DNA from: Deltaproteobacteria bacterium
GTDB taxonomy: Bacteria > Myxococcota_A > Polyangia > Polyangiales > B10-G4
DNA: 21,129 nt
Direction of reading: 5' to 3'
Assembly: GCA_003647065.1 (NCBI GenBank)
Contig: QMMC01000064.1
Span: 1-21,129 of the forward strand
Shown: positions 7,168-15,448 of the stretch, piece by piece
Layout of the letters: every line of letters starts with the position of its first letter
Position numbering within the stretch: the first letter of the stretch is position 1
Notes under the pieces: generated by a model
The model's database searches: none
The model's input: only the letters and a program-made list of their open reading frames with translations
What the model was told of the DNA's origin: nothing
Made by a program: the position numbers and the translations under genes

Positions 7168-7680
7168 TCAGCGCTCTCCGGGCTTCGGGAGGGCGTCCCG
7201 GGACTCGAAAACGGGCACCTTCGCCAGGGATCGGAGGTGATCTTTCGGCAGGCGGTGGGCCCGGGCTCCGGCGAGGACCAAGTCGAGGTACTCGCGCCGC
7301 GGAGGGATCACCTCGGCCGACCGGAACTCCGCGCGCACGACGTAGAGCCAGGCTTGGGTCTCCCCGGCGGGGACCCGCACGGTGACCGGAGCGTCTCCCC
7401 GGGAGTATCGACCCGGGTGCCCTTCCTTCTCGTCGAGGGCCAGAAGGCCGCCGTCGTCGACCTCGAGGACGACTCCGGGGAGTTCGACCCCCGCGCGCCG
7501 GTGCACATTGGCCGCGCCGCCCTTTCGCGCAGGCGACCGGTAGTTCCAGACGAGCTCCCATCCCGAGAGCAGCCCCTGGTAGGCGTTCAGCACGTTCCCG
7601 TCGCCGTGACCGCGGTCTTCCATCCACCGGCGCAGATCGGGCAGGTGCATGTTGGAGCCGTAGGCGAAGACGCGATGCAT
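7168..7680 (-). CDS. Gamma-glutamyl cyclotransferase (GGCT/C7orf24-type)
   Basis: The 170-aa product starts MHRVFAYGSNM (GGCT signature YFAYGSNL). KGGAANV matches HGGIATI of human GGCT. LDEKEGHPGRY matches LDEQEGVKSGMY, including the catalytic Glu of the LDxxEG block. Its ATG shares one nucleotide with the TGA of the upstream gene (TGATG at 7678-7682). The six-frame ORF has a 157-aa N-terminal extension, rejected because it overlaps the upstream CDS in another frame. Confidence 0.75.
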   Translation of the reverse strand: MHRVFAYGSNMHLPDLRRWMEDRGHGDGNVLNAYQGLLSGWELVWNYRSPARKGGAANVHRRAGVELPGVVLEVDDGGLLALDEKEGHPGRYSRGDAPVTVRVPAGETQAWLYVVRAEFRSAEVIPPRREYLDLVLAGARAHRLPKDHLRSLAKVPVFESRDALPKPGER

Positions 7681-8620
7681 CACGGCTCGGTGCTCGTCTC
7701 TCCTGGCGGATCCACCTCGAATCGTGCCGCCAGCCTTTGCACCCACCGCCAGTCGAGGATCTTCTCGACGCGAAAGAAGCACGCAAACGCAACGCCGGTG
7801 AGCTGGTAGACGAAGCCAATAGCCATCATCAGCAACACGCCCCAGTGGAAGCCCCAGATGAGCACGGCCCAGACCACGCCGGCTCGCCGGTGAAGGAGCG
7901 CGGCCGGGGCTCCCCACTCGATGATCAGGCTCAGCCAGGCCATGGCGGCGAAGAAGAGCGGGTACGAGAGCAGCCAGGCGCCGAGGGGCGAGTACACGCT
8001 GCCCAGCTCGATTTTGCGCACGTTGTCGTAGGCGATGTAGTTGCGGAGGTTCACCTCGCTGACGAACTCGGCGCCGCTGTTGCCGTACTTGGCGAAGGCC
8101 GCCAGCAGATAGACGGCCGTGCATACGATGGCGATGAGGCGGATGGCCCACCCGTAGCGCCCGCTCTCTTCGCCCTTCTTTACTCGGCCCGCGCGCGAAT
8201 CGAGGGAGATGGCGTCGGCCGCTGGGGCGAGGGCGAGGACGATGATCTGCAAAGTCATCATGTGGTCGACGTGCAGGATCATCCCGAAGGAGTTCGAGTA
8301 GGTGAGCACCCAGAGCTGCAGCGCGGCGAAGATCGGGCCGGTGATTCGATAGCGGTAGCCAAAGGCGAAGCAGGCTGCGAAGACGATGGTGAGTATCACC
8401 AGGGCGATGACGACCGCCGGCAGGAGAGGCCGCGGCGCGAAGGTGGCGAGGCCAACGGGCCGAAAGAAGGCCTGGTCGACGTGGGCGTAGCTCATCAGGA
8501 AGGGCGAGCGAATGATCAGGTAGATCAGCGCGTAGCCTCCGACGAGCACGCGCAGCATACCGAGGCGCTCGGCCGGGGCCGAGGGCATGAAGACCCGGTC
8601 CATGGCGCCGATCACGGCGT

Positions 8621-8624
<4 letters not shown>
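7680..8624 (-). CDS. Polytopic integral membrane protein (about 8 TM), family unassigned; possibly HTTM-like
   Basis: The 314-aa product is very hydrophobic with multiple predicted TM helices (LRVLVGGYALIYLII, LLPAVVIALVILTIVFAACFAF, IRLIAIVCTAVYLLAAF, VLLMMAIGFVYQLTGVAFACFF). Its start ATGA overlaps the upstream gene stop at 8621-8624. Its stop overlaps the GGCT start. Any HTTM-like fold is a guess from size and topology only. Confidence 0.65.
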
Positions 8625-9073
<449 letters not shown>

Positions 9074-9104
9074 CGCTGGCAGATTATGCTTACCATCCGC
9101 CGCC

Positions 9105-10298
9105 ATGGGGAGCCTCTCCATTCTTTCGGCGTTGATGATCCTGGCCGCGGCATCCGTCTCGGCGCAGGCCCCGGACCCTGCCGACGGGGGCCTCGACGCG
9201 TCGGCGGATGCGGGCGATGCGGGCGATGCGGGCGAAGGCGGCGATGCTGCCCCGCGCGCCGACGACGAGCTGCTCCCGGCGATCGTGGAACTTCCGGCCG
9301 AGCCCCTCGACCTGGTCGTCGGCGTCGCGGGCAGTGAGCCCTTCGTCATCGTGGGGGACGGCCGGCTTCGAGGGATCAGCATCGAGACCTGGGAGAAGGT
9401 GGCCTCGGAGCTAAACATTCGTTATGAGTACCGTCCTTATCCGAACGCCCTCAGTTTGGTGAACGCCGTCGCCCGGGGCGACGTGGACGTGGGGGTCGGG
9501 CCCCTCAGCATCACCAGCGAGCGGGCCTCTCGCGTCTCCTTCACCCAGCCCCACTTCTCGGGCTCCCTCTCCATCGCCGCCCGTCCAGCCGAGCGCGGGA
9601 TCTTCGGCCACCTATCGCCGCTCTTCCGACGGGCGTTCCTCACGGGCCTCGCCATCCTCCTCCTCGTGCTGACCTTCGTGGGGGTCCTCTTCTGGCTCGC
9701 GGAGCGACGGGCCAATCCCGAGCACTTCCCGCCCTCACCCCTCAGTGGCATCGGCAACGGTGTCTGGCTCGCGGTCGTGACGATGACCACCGTCGGCTAC
9801 GGTGACCGCTCACCGATGACTCCCCTCGGACGGGTCATCGCCGGGGTGTGGATGCTCATCGCGCTGCTGACCACGTCGTCGCTCACGGCGTTCCTGGCGA
9901 CGGCGCTCACGCTCTCGACCCTCGACCACGCGGCGATCGACACCATCGAAGACCTCGAGGGAAAGCGCGTCGCGGTTCCCCGGGGAACTGCCGCGGTGCC
10001 CTTCGTGCGCCGCCATGGCGGCCGCGTGGTCGAAGCCGACAGCGTCCAGGACGCCATGCGCCTCGCCAACGAGGGCGAGGTCGCCGCCACGGTCTTCGAC
10101 ACTCCGGTCCTCGCCTACGAGCTCACGCAGCATCCCGACCTCGCGTTGGTGCTCTCGCAGCACAGCTACGAAGACGTGGGCTACGGCTTCGCCGTGGCCA
10201 TTGGCAGTGAGTTTGAGGAGCTCATCGACATGAAGCTCCTCAAGCTCAGGGAATCGGCGGGCATGGACGTGATCCGTACCGGGTGGCTGGGGCCCTGA
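9105..10298 (+). CDS. Prokaryotic ionotropic glutamate receptor-like ligand-gated K+ channel (GluR0-type): SBP lobe S1, M1, P-loop, M2, SBP lobe S2
   Basis: Signal peptide MGSLSILSALMILAAASVSAQA, then an acidic low-complexity stretch (DAGDAGDAGEGG). A type-3 solute-binding-protein-like segment follows. M1 is LTGLAILLLVLTFVGVLFWLA. The pore helix plus K+ selectivity filter is VWLAVVTMTTVGYGD. M2 is VIAGVWMLIALLTTSSLTAFLATAL. A second SBP half follows (KRVAVPRGTAAV...TPVLAYEL). A GTG at 9063 is an alternative start. Confidence 0.8.
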   Translation: MGSLSILSALMILAAASVSAQAPDPADGGLDASADAGDAGDAGEGGDAAPRADDELLPAIVELPAEPLDLVVGVAGSEPFVIVGDGRLRGISIETWEKVASELNIRYEYRPYPNALSLVNAVARGDVDVGVGPLSITSERASRVSFTQPHFSGSLSIAARPAERGIFGHLSPLFRRAFLTGLAILLLVLTFVGVLFWLAERRANPEHFPPSPLSGIGNGVWLAVVTMTTVGYGDRSPMTPLGRVIAGVWMLIALLTTSSLTAFLATALTLSTLDHAAIDTIEDLEGKRVAVPRGTAAVPFVRRHGGRVVEADSVQDAMRLANEGEVAATVFDTPVLAYELTQHPDLALVLSQHSYEDVGYGFAVAIGSEFEELIDMKLLKLRESAGMDVIRTGWLGP

Positions 10299-10301
10299 AC
10301 G

Positions 10302-11588
10302 GTGCATCCGCTTCGCCCCTACCTGGCCCGGGCTCCGCGCGCCGTCTTCGTCGTCTACGCCATCACTGCGGCCTTCGCGACGTACTTCGGCATGTACGCC
10401 TTCCGGAAGCCCTTCGCCGCCGCGACCTTCGAAGGGCAGTCCTTCTTCGACACCGGCCTCGACCTCAAGACGGCCTTCGTCATCAGCCAGATCCTCGGCT
10501 ACACGCTGAGCAAGTACGCGGGCATCAAGGTCGTCTCGGAGATCACCCCGGGCCGCCGGGCGCTCACCCTCGTCTCCCTCATCGCCGTCGCCGAGCTCGC
10601 CCTCGTGGGTTTCGGTTTTCTCCCGATGGCGCTCATGTCGGTGTCGCTCTTCGTCAACGGCCTCAGCCTCGGCATGATCTGGGGCTTGGTCGTGCGCTAC
10701 CTCGAAGGCCGCCAGAGCTCGGAGCTCCTCCTCGCCGGCCTCAGCACGTCCTTCATCCTCGCCTCCGGCGCCGTCAAGGACATCGGCCGGTGGTTGATCA
10801 CGGACCACGGAGTGGCCGAGACCTGGATGCCGGCGGCGACCGGCGCGATCTTCTTCCCCGTGTTCATCCTGGCGGTCTGGCTCCTGGATCAGATCCCCGA
10901 CCCCACAGACGAAGATAAGAGGACCCGCGTCGAGCGGCGCCCTATGGACGCGGCCGAACGGCGCGCCTTCTTGAAGCGCTTTGCTGTCGGCCTCGTGCCC
11001 CTCTTCGGGGTCTACATCGCGTCGACCGCCTACCGAGACTTCCGCGACAACTACGGCGTCGAGATCTTCGCGGCCCTCGGCTACGAGGGGGAGCCTGGCA
11101 TCTTCACGCAGTCCGAGATCTGGGTCGCCCTCGGCGTGCTCGCGGTCCTCGCCAGCCTGAACCTCATCAAAGACAACCGCCGGGGCCTCGCCGCAGCGTT
11201 CGGGGTGATGATCGTCGGCGCCGTGCTCATCGGCGGGTCGACCGTCCTCCTCGATGCCCAGGCCATCGACGGAATGACGTGGATGATCCTCGTCGGCCTC
11301 GGCTCGTACTTCGTCTACGTGCCCTTCAATACGGTCCTCTTCGACCGCATGATCGCGGCGACTCGGGTGCAGGCGACGGCGGTCTTTGCGATCTACATCG
11401 CCGATGCCCTCGGCTACACCGGCTCCATCGGAGCCCAGCTCTACAAGGACTTCGGTGACCCGACGTCCACCCGCCTCGGCTTCTTCCGGAGCTTCTCGTA
11501 CGGCTTCGCGGTCGTGGGTGCCGTTTTGCTCGTCTTGTGCCTGCTTTACTTCTGGCGTCGAAGCGGGCCCGCGTCCGAAACGGCGTGA
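10302..11588 (+). CDS. Polytopic membrane protein, transporter-like (about 12 TM, two-halves organisation), family unassigned
   Basis: A 428-aa hydrophobic protein. Its GTG start is 4 nt after the stop of the GluR0-like gene, so co-transcription is likely. There are two blocks of about 6 TM each, separated by a charged loop (DPTDEDKRTRVERRPMDAAERRAF). An alternative start is M31 (10392). Confidence 0.65.
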   Translation: MHPLRPYLARAPRAVFVVYAITAAFATYFGMYAFRKPFAAATFEGQSFFDTGLDLKTAFVISQILGYTLSKYAGIKVVSEITPGRRALTLVSLIAVAELALVGFGFLPMALMSVSLFVNGLSLGMIWGLVVRYLEGRQSSELLLAGLSTSFILASGAVKDIGRWLITDHGVAETWMPAATGAIFFPVFILAVWLLDQIPDPTDEDKRTRVERRPMDAAERRAFLKRFAVGLVPLFGVYIASTAYRDFRDNYGVEIFAALGYEGEPGIFTQSEIWVALGVLAVLASLNLIKDNRRGLAAAFGVMIVGAVLIGGSTVLLDAQAIDGMTWMILVGLGSYFVYVPFNTVLFDRMIAATRVQATAVFAIYIADALGYTGSIGAQLYKDFGDPTSTRLGFFRSFSYGFAVVGAVLLVLCLLYFWRRSGPASETA

Positions 11589-11718
11589 TCGCGAGAGATC
11601 TGGCTCGGGATCGCGGCCCCGTCAGGCGGGCATCGCCAACATTGGCCTGAGAGGTGCTTTCGGGTAAGCTCGCCGCCCCCAAACGGGGATCTGGCTTCCT
11701 ATTAGGAGAGACGAGCGC

Positions 11719-13008
11719 ATGTCGAAGGATTCGTTGACGGTCACTGACAACCGGACCGGGCAGACCTACGAGCTCCCCGTCGATGATGGGACCATCCGGG
11801 CGATAGACCTGCGTCAGATCAAGACGTCCGACGACGATTTTGGCCTCATGGCCTACGACCCCGCGTACAAGAACACCGCGTCGACGAGGTCCAACGTCAC
11901 CTTCATCGACGGTGAAAAGGGCATCCTCGAGTATCGGGGCTACGGCATCGAAGAGCTCGCCGAGAAGTCGAGCCACCTCGAGGTCAGCTATCTGCTGGTG
12001 CACGGCGAGCTGCCGACGAAGACCCAGCTCGATGCCTGGACCCACGAGATCACGAATCACACCTTGGTCCACGAAAACATCCGGGAGCTGGTCGACGCGT
12101 TTCGCTACGACGCCCACCCGATGGGTATCCTGGTGAGCACCGTCGGGGCGCTGAGCACCTTCTACCCGGACGCGAAGGACATCCAGGACCCGGAGGCCCG
12201 GCGCCTCCAGATGCACCGCCTGATCGCCAAGGTCCCGACTATCGCGGCCTACGCTTATCGCCATCGCCGCGGCCTGCCCTACGTCTACCCGGACAACGAC
12301 CTCAGCTACTCCGGCAACTTCTTGTCCATGATGTTCAAGATGACCGAGCCGAAGTACAAGCCGAGCCCCGCCATCGAGAAGGCCCTCGACGTGCTCTTCA
12401 TCCTGCACGCGGACCACGAGCAAAACTGCTCGGCGTCGGCGATGCGCGCGGTCGGGTCGAGCCACGTCGACCCCTACAGCGCGACGGCGGCAGCCTGCGC
12501 GGCGCTCTACGGTCCCCTCCACGGCGGCGCCAACGAAGCCGTCGTGCGCATGCTCGGAGAGATCGGCAGCGTCAAGAACATCCCCTCGACTCTCGAGAAG
12601 GCGAAGAACGGCGAGTTCCGCCTGATGGGATTCGGCCACCGCGTCTACAAGAACTACGACCCCCGGGCGAAGGTCATCAAGAAGCTCGCCTACGAGGTCT
12701 TCGACGAGGTCGGCAAGAACCCCCTCATCGACATCGCCGTCGAGCTCGAGCGGATCGCCCTCGAAGACGAGTACTTCGCCAAGCGCAAGCTCTTCCCCAA
12801 CGTCGACTTCTACAGTGGCCTCATCTACCAGGCGCTGAACCTGCCGATGGACATGTTCCCGGTGCTCTTCGCCATCGGGCGGACGCCGGGGTGGCTGTCC
12901 CAGTGGGAAGAGATGCTGACCGACCCCGAGCAGAAGATAGCGCGGCCGCGGCAGATTTATCTCGGCGAGCGCGGGCGTAGCTACGTGCCGGTCGACAAGC
13001 GCGGGTAG
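11719..13008 (+). CDS. gltA: Citrate synthase (type II, hexameric Gram-negative type)
   Basis: A 429-aa product with canonical citrate synthase blocks (GYGIEELAE, HRLIAKVPTIAAYAYR, HADHEQNCSASAMRAVGSSH, LHGGANEAV, GFGHRVYKNYDPRA, DFYSGLIYQALNLP). A strong SD (taggagagacgagcgc) precedes the ATG. Confidence 0.95.
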   Translation: MSKDSLTVTDNRTGQTYELPVDDGTIRAIDLRQIKTSDDDFGLMAYDPAYKNTASTRSNVTFIDGEKGILEYRGYGIEELAEKSSHLEVSYLLVHGELPTKTQLDAWTHEITNHTLVHENIRELVDAFRYDAHPMGILVSTVGALSTFYPDAKDIQDPEARRLQMHRLIAKVPTIAAYAYRHRRGLPYVYPDNDLSYSGNFLSMMFKMTEPKYKPSPAIEKALDVLFILHADHEQNCSASAMRAVGSSHVDPYSATAAACAALYGPLHGGANEAVVRMLGEIGSVKNIPSTLEKAKNGEFRLMGFGHRVYKNYDPRAKVIKKLAYEVFDEVGKNPLIDIAVELERIALEDEYFAKRKLFPNVDFYSGLIYQALNLPMDMFPVLFAIGRTPGWLSQWEEMLTDPEQKIARPRQIYLGERGRSYVPVDKRG

Positions 13009-13010
13009 GC

Positions 13011-13108
13011 GTCAACAAGAAGGCGCCGCGTAGGCGGCCCGAGGCGGGAGCGCGACGCAGTCGCGCAGAGCCGACAGGCCGACCGTAGCGGCGCTGGGAG
13101 TGCGCAGT
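13011..13108. repeat. REP-like GC-rich intergenic element, copy 1 (inverted relative to copy at 15203-15447)
   Basis: The ~98 bp starting 2 nt after the gltA stop is the reverse complement of units A2+B1 at about 15250-15345 (e.g. tcaacaagaaggcgccgcgtaggcggcccgaggcgg.agcgcgacgcagtcg.gcagagccgacaggccgaccgtagcggcgc.gggagtg). It contains short GC hairpins (GCCGC-GTAG-GCGGC; CGCGAC-GCA-GTCGCG). Confidence 0.7.
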
Positions 13109-13217
13109 CGCCTGAAACGCGATACCCGGCGCGATCTGGCCTCGCTTGGGTCCCGCGTTCCAACCGACGCTGTTGCGTTCGGCTGGGCGGTGGCTCTGCT
13201 GCGGGTGAGTGTTGTAC

Positions 13218-13430
13218 GGCGACGGACACGGCGACGGATGCCGCGACGGCCTCGGACACGGCGACGGCCTCGGACACGGCGATGGACACGGACACGGACC
13301 CGGACACGGCGACGGGAACGCGAACGGGAACGGGAACGGGAACGGGAACGCGAACGGGAACGGGAACGGGAACGGGAACGGGAACGGCCTCGGCGACGGC
13401 CACGGCGACGGCCACGGCCTCGGACACTAC
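13218..13430. repeat. Hexanucleotide microsatellite (GACGGC / GGAACG units), intergenic
   Basis: About 210 bp of imperfect 6-nt tandem repeats (…ggacacggcgacggc… then (gggaacg)n, about 15 near-identical units). All six frames give low-complexity peptides (GDGHGD/NGNGNG, RERERE, TGTGTG, PVPVPV). It lies between convergent genes. Confidence 0.75.
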
Positions 13431-13440
13431 CGTCCTCGTA

Positions 13441-14034
13441 TCATGCGCCAGCTCGTCGAATGGCGATCGGTGTCTTGACCGACCCATCGAAGACGAAGCC
13501 GCCTGCCGAGGGGTGTCCCGGCCCGGCAACTTCGACGAGGGTGCCGTCCGGCGGCAGAGATCCCTCGAGTTCGACGAGCAAGAGATGGTCGTCGTCGACC
13601 TTCGCCGTGCCGGTCGCGTCGTGTACGAAGAAGACCGGCGGCCGCGCGTCGAAGGGGTCGTGGTTTGCGGCCCGATGGAGCTCGCCGCGAACACGTACGA
13701 TGCCGAGGGTCGCGTGTGCGGTCTGGACGAGACCAACCCCGTCCACCGTCGCCGATACGCGTGAGACCTTCCTGCGCGCACGCCAAGCGCTGAACGCGCG
13801 ATGCGCTCCGTGGGTGAGGGCAATCGTGACGATGACCAGGGCGGGAACGCCGAAGAGAAGTATCAGCGACCAGGCACCGAAATGCGCGTGGTGATGAGTC
13901 TCGAGTAGGTAGCCACGGGGCTGCGCTTGGAGACGGCCGACCGCGTGAAGGACGAAGGCCGGCAAGATCGTCAGACCCATCCATCGGGAGTTGACCCGAT
14001 CGCGGAGGGTCGCCGTGGGGACGTGAGAGTCCAT
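13441..14034 (-). CDS. Membrane-anchored protein (2 TM plus about 110-aa soluble C-terminal domain), unknown function
   Basis: MDSHVPTATLRDRVNSRWMGLTILPAFVLHAVGRL and FGAWSLILLFGVPALVIVTIALT are two TM helices. The start ATG at 14034 is preceded by GGAG. The six-frame ORF extends to 14262, giving alternative Mets at 14079 and 14262. The plus-strand ORF 13282-13764 is antisense and is rejected. Confidence 0.45.
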   Translation of the reverse strand: MDSHVPTATLRDRVNSRWMGLTILPAFVLHAVGRLQAQPRGYLLETHHHAHFGAWSLILLFGVPALVIVTIALTHGAHRAFSAWRARRKVSRVSATVDGVGLVQTAHATLGIVRVRGELHRAANHDPFDARPPVFFVHDATGTAKVDDDHLLLVELEGSLPPDGTLVEVAGPGHPSAGGFVFDGSVKTPIAIRRAGA

Positions 14035-14239
14035 CTTGAGAACAGTCTCCTGGTGCCGAGTTGGGTCGAGGTAGCGCATGCGGCAGGACAGTGCAGCTCG
14101 TATGCCAAGCGCGTTGTCGCGTGAGTTTGGGGCTTCCCGTTGTTTGGCGGTGGATTTCGCCCGGAGCGGTCTGTCGCTGCGAGCGTGACGCCCCGGTCGC
14201 TCTTTCTCCCGTGGGGCCGCCTCCCGCCGGCCCGGTCCC

Positions 14240-14316
14240 GATCTTCCGATCTTCATCTTCACGATCTTCAGATTCGGGGAAATCCGGACGGGGGGAGATC
14301 TGGGGGGAGATCTGGA
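14240..14316. promoter_or_regulatory. Direct-repeat motifs (GATCTTC x3; GGGGGGAGATCTGG x2) in promoter region of minus-strand gene 13441-14034
   Basis: The sequence ccGATCTTCcGATCTTCatcttcacGATCTTCagattc is followed by ggggGAGATCTGGggggGAGATCTGG. AGATCT is palindromic. The motifs lie about 200-280 bp upstream of the start codon. Confidence 0.35.
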
Positions 14317-14367
14317 CCCGGTGGACGGTGAACGGCGTCTTCCCGCTGGCCGGTGAATTCCCCCGGG

Positions 14368-15126
14368 CTACTCCCTTTCGGCGGCTGGATCGGCCGCGGC
14401 TTCATCCGGGGCCGCTGCGCCCTCCGCACTCCACTCGCGGTCGATGCGCACTTGGGCGTGTTCGAAGAGCCCCATGAGCGCCACCGATCCGAAGTCGTCT
14501 GCGATCTCGCCGAAGCTCCTCAACTCGATGGCGCCCCAGTTTCTCGAGTTCACCGGCATGGTGCAGACGGCCCGCAGCTCGGTGTCGAGCAAGAAGGCTT
14601 GTCCGTCTAGGTGGCCGGAACGATAGCTACCGCTCGCGGTCCGCACGGGAGCCAGCAGCCTGTCGACACGGATGACGGTGAGCACGACCGGCGGCTCTTC
14701 GACGGCGCCGGCGGCGAGCGCCTCTCGCAGTCGCGGCCCGTCGTCGCGCCCGAGGAAGACCCGCAGCCGGTCCGCGTGGCCAAGGGCGGGGATGGTGTGC
14801 CCGAAGCCGCGTTCCAAGACGCCGACCACGCTCGGGATGACGTCGGTGGTGAACTGCGGCGAGCGCACCATCACGAAGCGCTCCCGTCGCGGGGCGGCGA
14901 GGACTTCCGCAGGGCACCGGTCCCCGACGCTCGGGTCGAGGGCGGCGATCGCGCGGTCCCAAGCGGCGCGCGCCGGGGCGCCCGCCGCCTCGGCCTCGGT
15001 CGCCGCCGCGAGGGCCTGCTCGCGAAGTTCCGGGGATACGCCTTCCGCCTCAGCCGCCGTCTCGTCGCAGCCCGCCCAGAGCAGCATGACCAACGCGCAA
15101 CCAATGATCCGCCTCGGATTTCCCAT
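14368..15126 (-). CDS. Lipoprotein, unknown function
   Basis: MGNPRRIIGCALVMLLWAGCDE carries a signal peptide and a lipobox. The product is 252 aa with no recognisable catalytic motif. The ORF extends to 15144. Confidence 0.5.
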   Translation of the reverse strand: MGNPRRIIGCALVMLLWAGCDETAAEAEGVSPELREQALAAATEAEAAGAPARAAWDRAIAALDPSVGDRCPAEVLAAPRRERFVMVRSPQFTTDVIPSVVGVLERGFGHTIPALGHADRLRVFLGRDDGPRLREALAAGAVEEPPVVLTVIRVDRLLAPVRTASGSYRSGHLDGQAFLLDTELRAVCTMPVNSRNWGAIELRSFGEIADDFGSVALMGLFEHAQVRIDREWSAEGAAAPDEAAADPAAERE

Positions 15127-15202
15127 GGGTCGCGATGGTACCACCGACGGCGCGACTACGCGGTCGTGCGCACCTCGGACGGTTCAGTCGGGAACGGCAC
15201 GG

Positions 15203-15447
15203 CACTCCCGGCGCCGCTGCGGTCGGCCTGTCGGCTCTGCACGCCTGCGCACTCCCGGCGCCGCTACGGTCGGCCTGTCGGCTCTGCACGACTGCGTCGC
15301 GCTGCCGCCTCGGGCCGCCCTACGCGGCGCCTTCTTGTTGAGGCCTCCGTCGCGCTGCCGCCTCGGGCCGCCTACGCGGCGCCTTCTTGTTGAGGCCTCC
15401 GTCGCGCTGCCGCCTCGGGCCGCCTACGCGGCGCCTTCTTGTTGACC
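15203..15447. repeat. REP-like element copy 2 with tandem amplification (unit A about 47 bp x2; unit B about 52 bp x3)
   Basis: Unit A (cactcccggcgccgct.cggtcggcctgtcggctctgcacg) appears twice. Unit B (gtcgcgctgccgcctcgggccgcc(c)tacgcggcgccttcttgttgaggcctcc) appears three times head-to-tail, with the last copy truncated. The array lies immediately 3' of the esterase gene stop (15449). It has the same orientation relative to that gene as copy 1 has to gltA. Confidence 0.75.
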
Positions 15448-15448
15448 C

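Noticed and set aside
7680-8151. 157-aa N-terminal extension of the GGCT ORF (7168-8151 minus)
   Set aside because: The extension overlaps the polytopic membrane protein CDS in another frame and is Arg/His/Pro-rich. The GGCT homology begins exactly at the Met at 7680, which is translationally coupled to the upstream stop.
9074-9418. 115-aa N-terminal extension of ORF 8621-9418 (minus)
   Set aside because: The extension is Ser/Pro/Ala-rich low complexity and lies antisense to the signal peptide and S1 region of the plus-strand GluR0-like gene. The internal Met at 9073 gives a clean TM anchor.
13282-13764. Plus-strand ORF (160 aa) beginning with a TGTGTG/ATATAT peptide repeat, and minus ORF 12981-13823 (PVPVPV…)
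   Set aside because: Both are read through the hexanucleotide microsatellite and are antisense to, or overlap, the better-supported minus-strand membrane-anchored protein gene. They have no motifs, so I consider them non-coding.
15203-15447. Possible CRISPR array suggested by regularly spaced 47-52 bp repeats
   Set aside because: The repeats are directly adjacent with no unique spacers, and there are only 2-3 copies. No cas genes are in the window. An inverted copy occurs after gltA. The features fit a REP-like element, not CRISPR.
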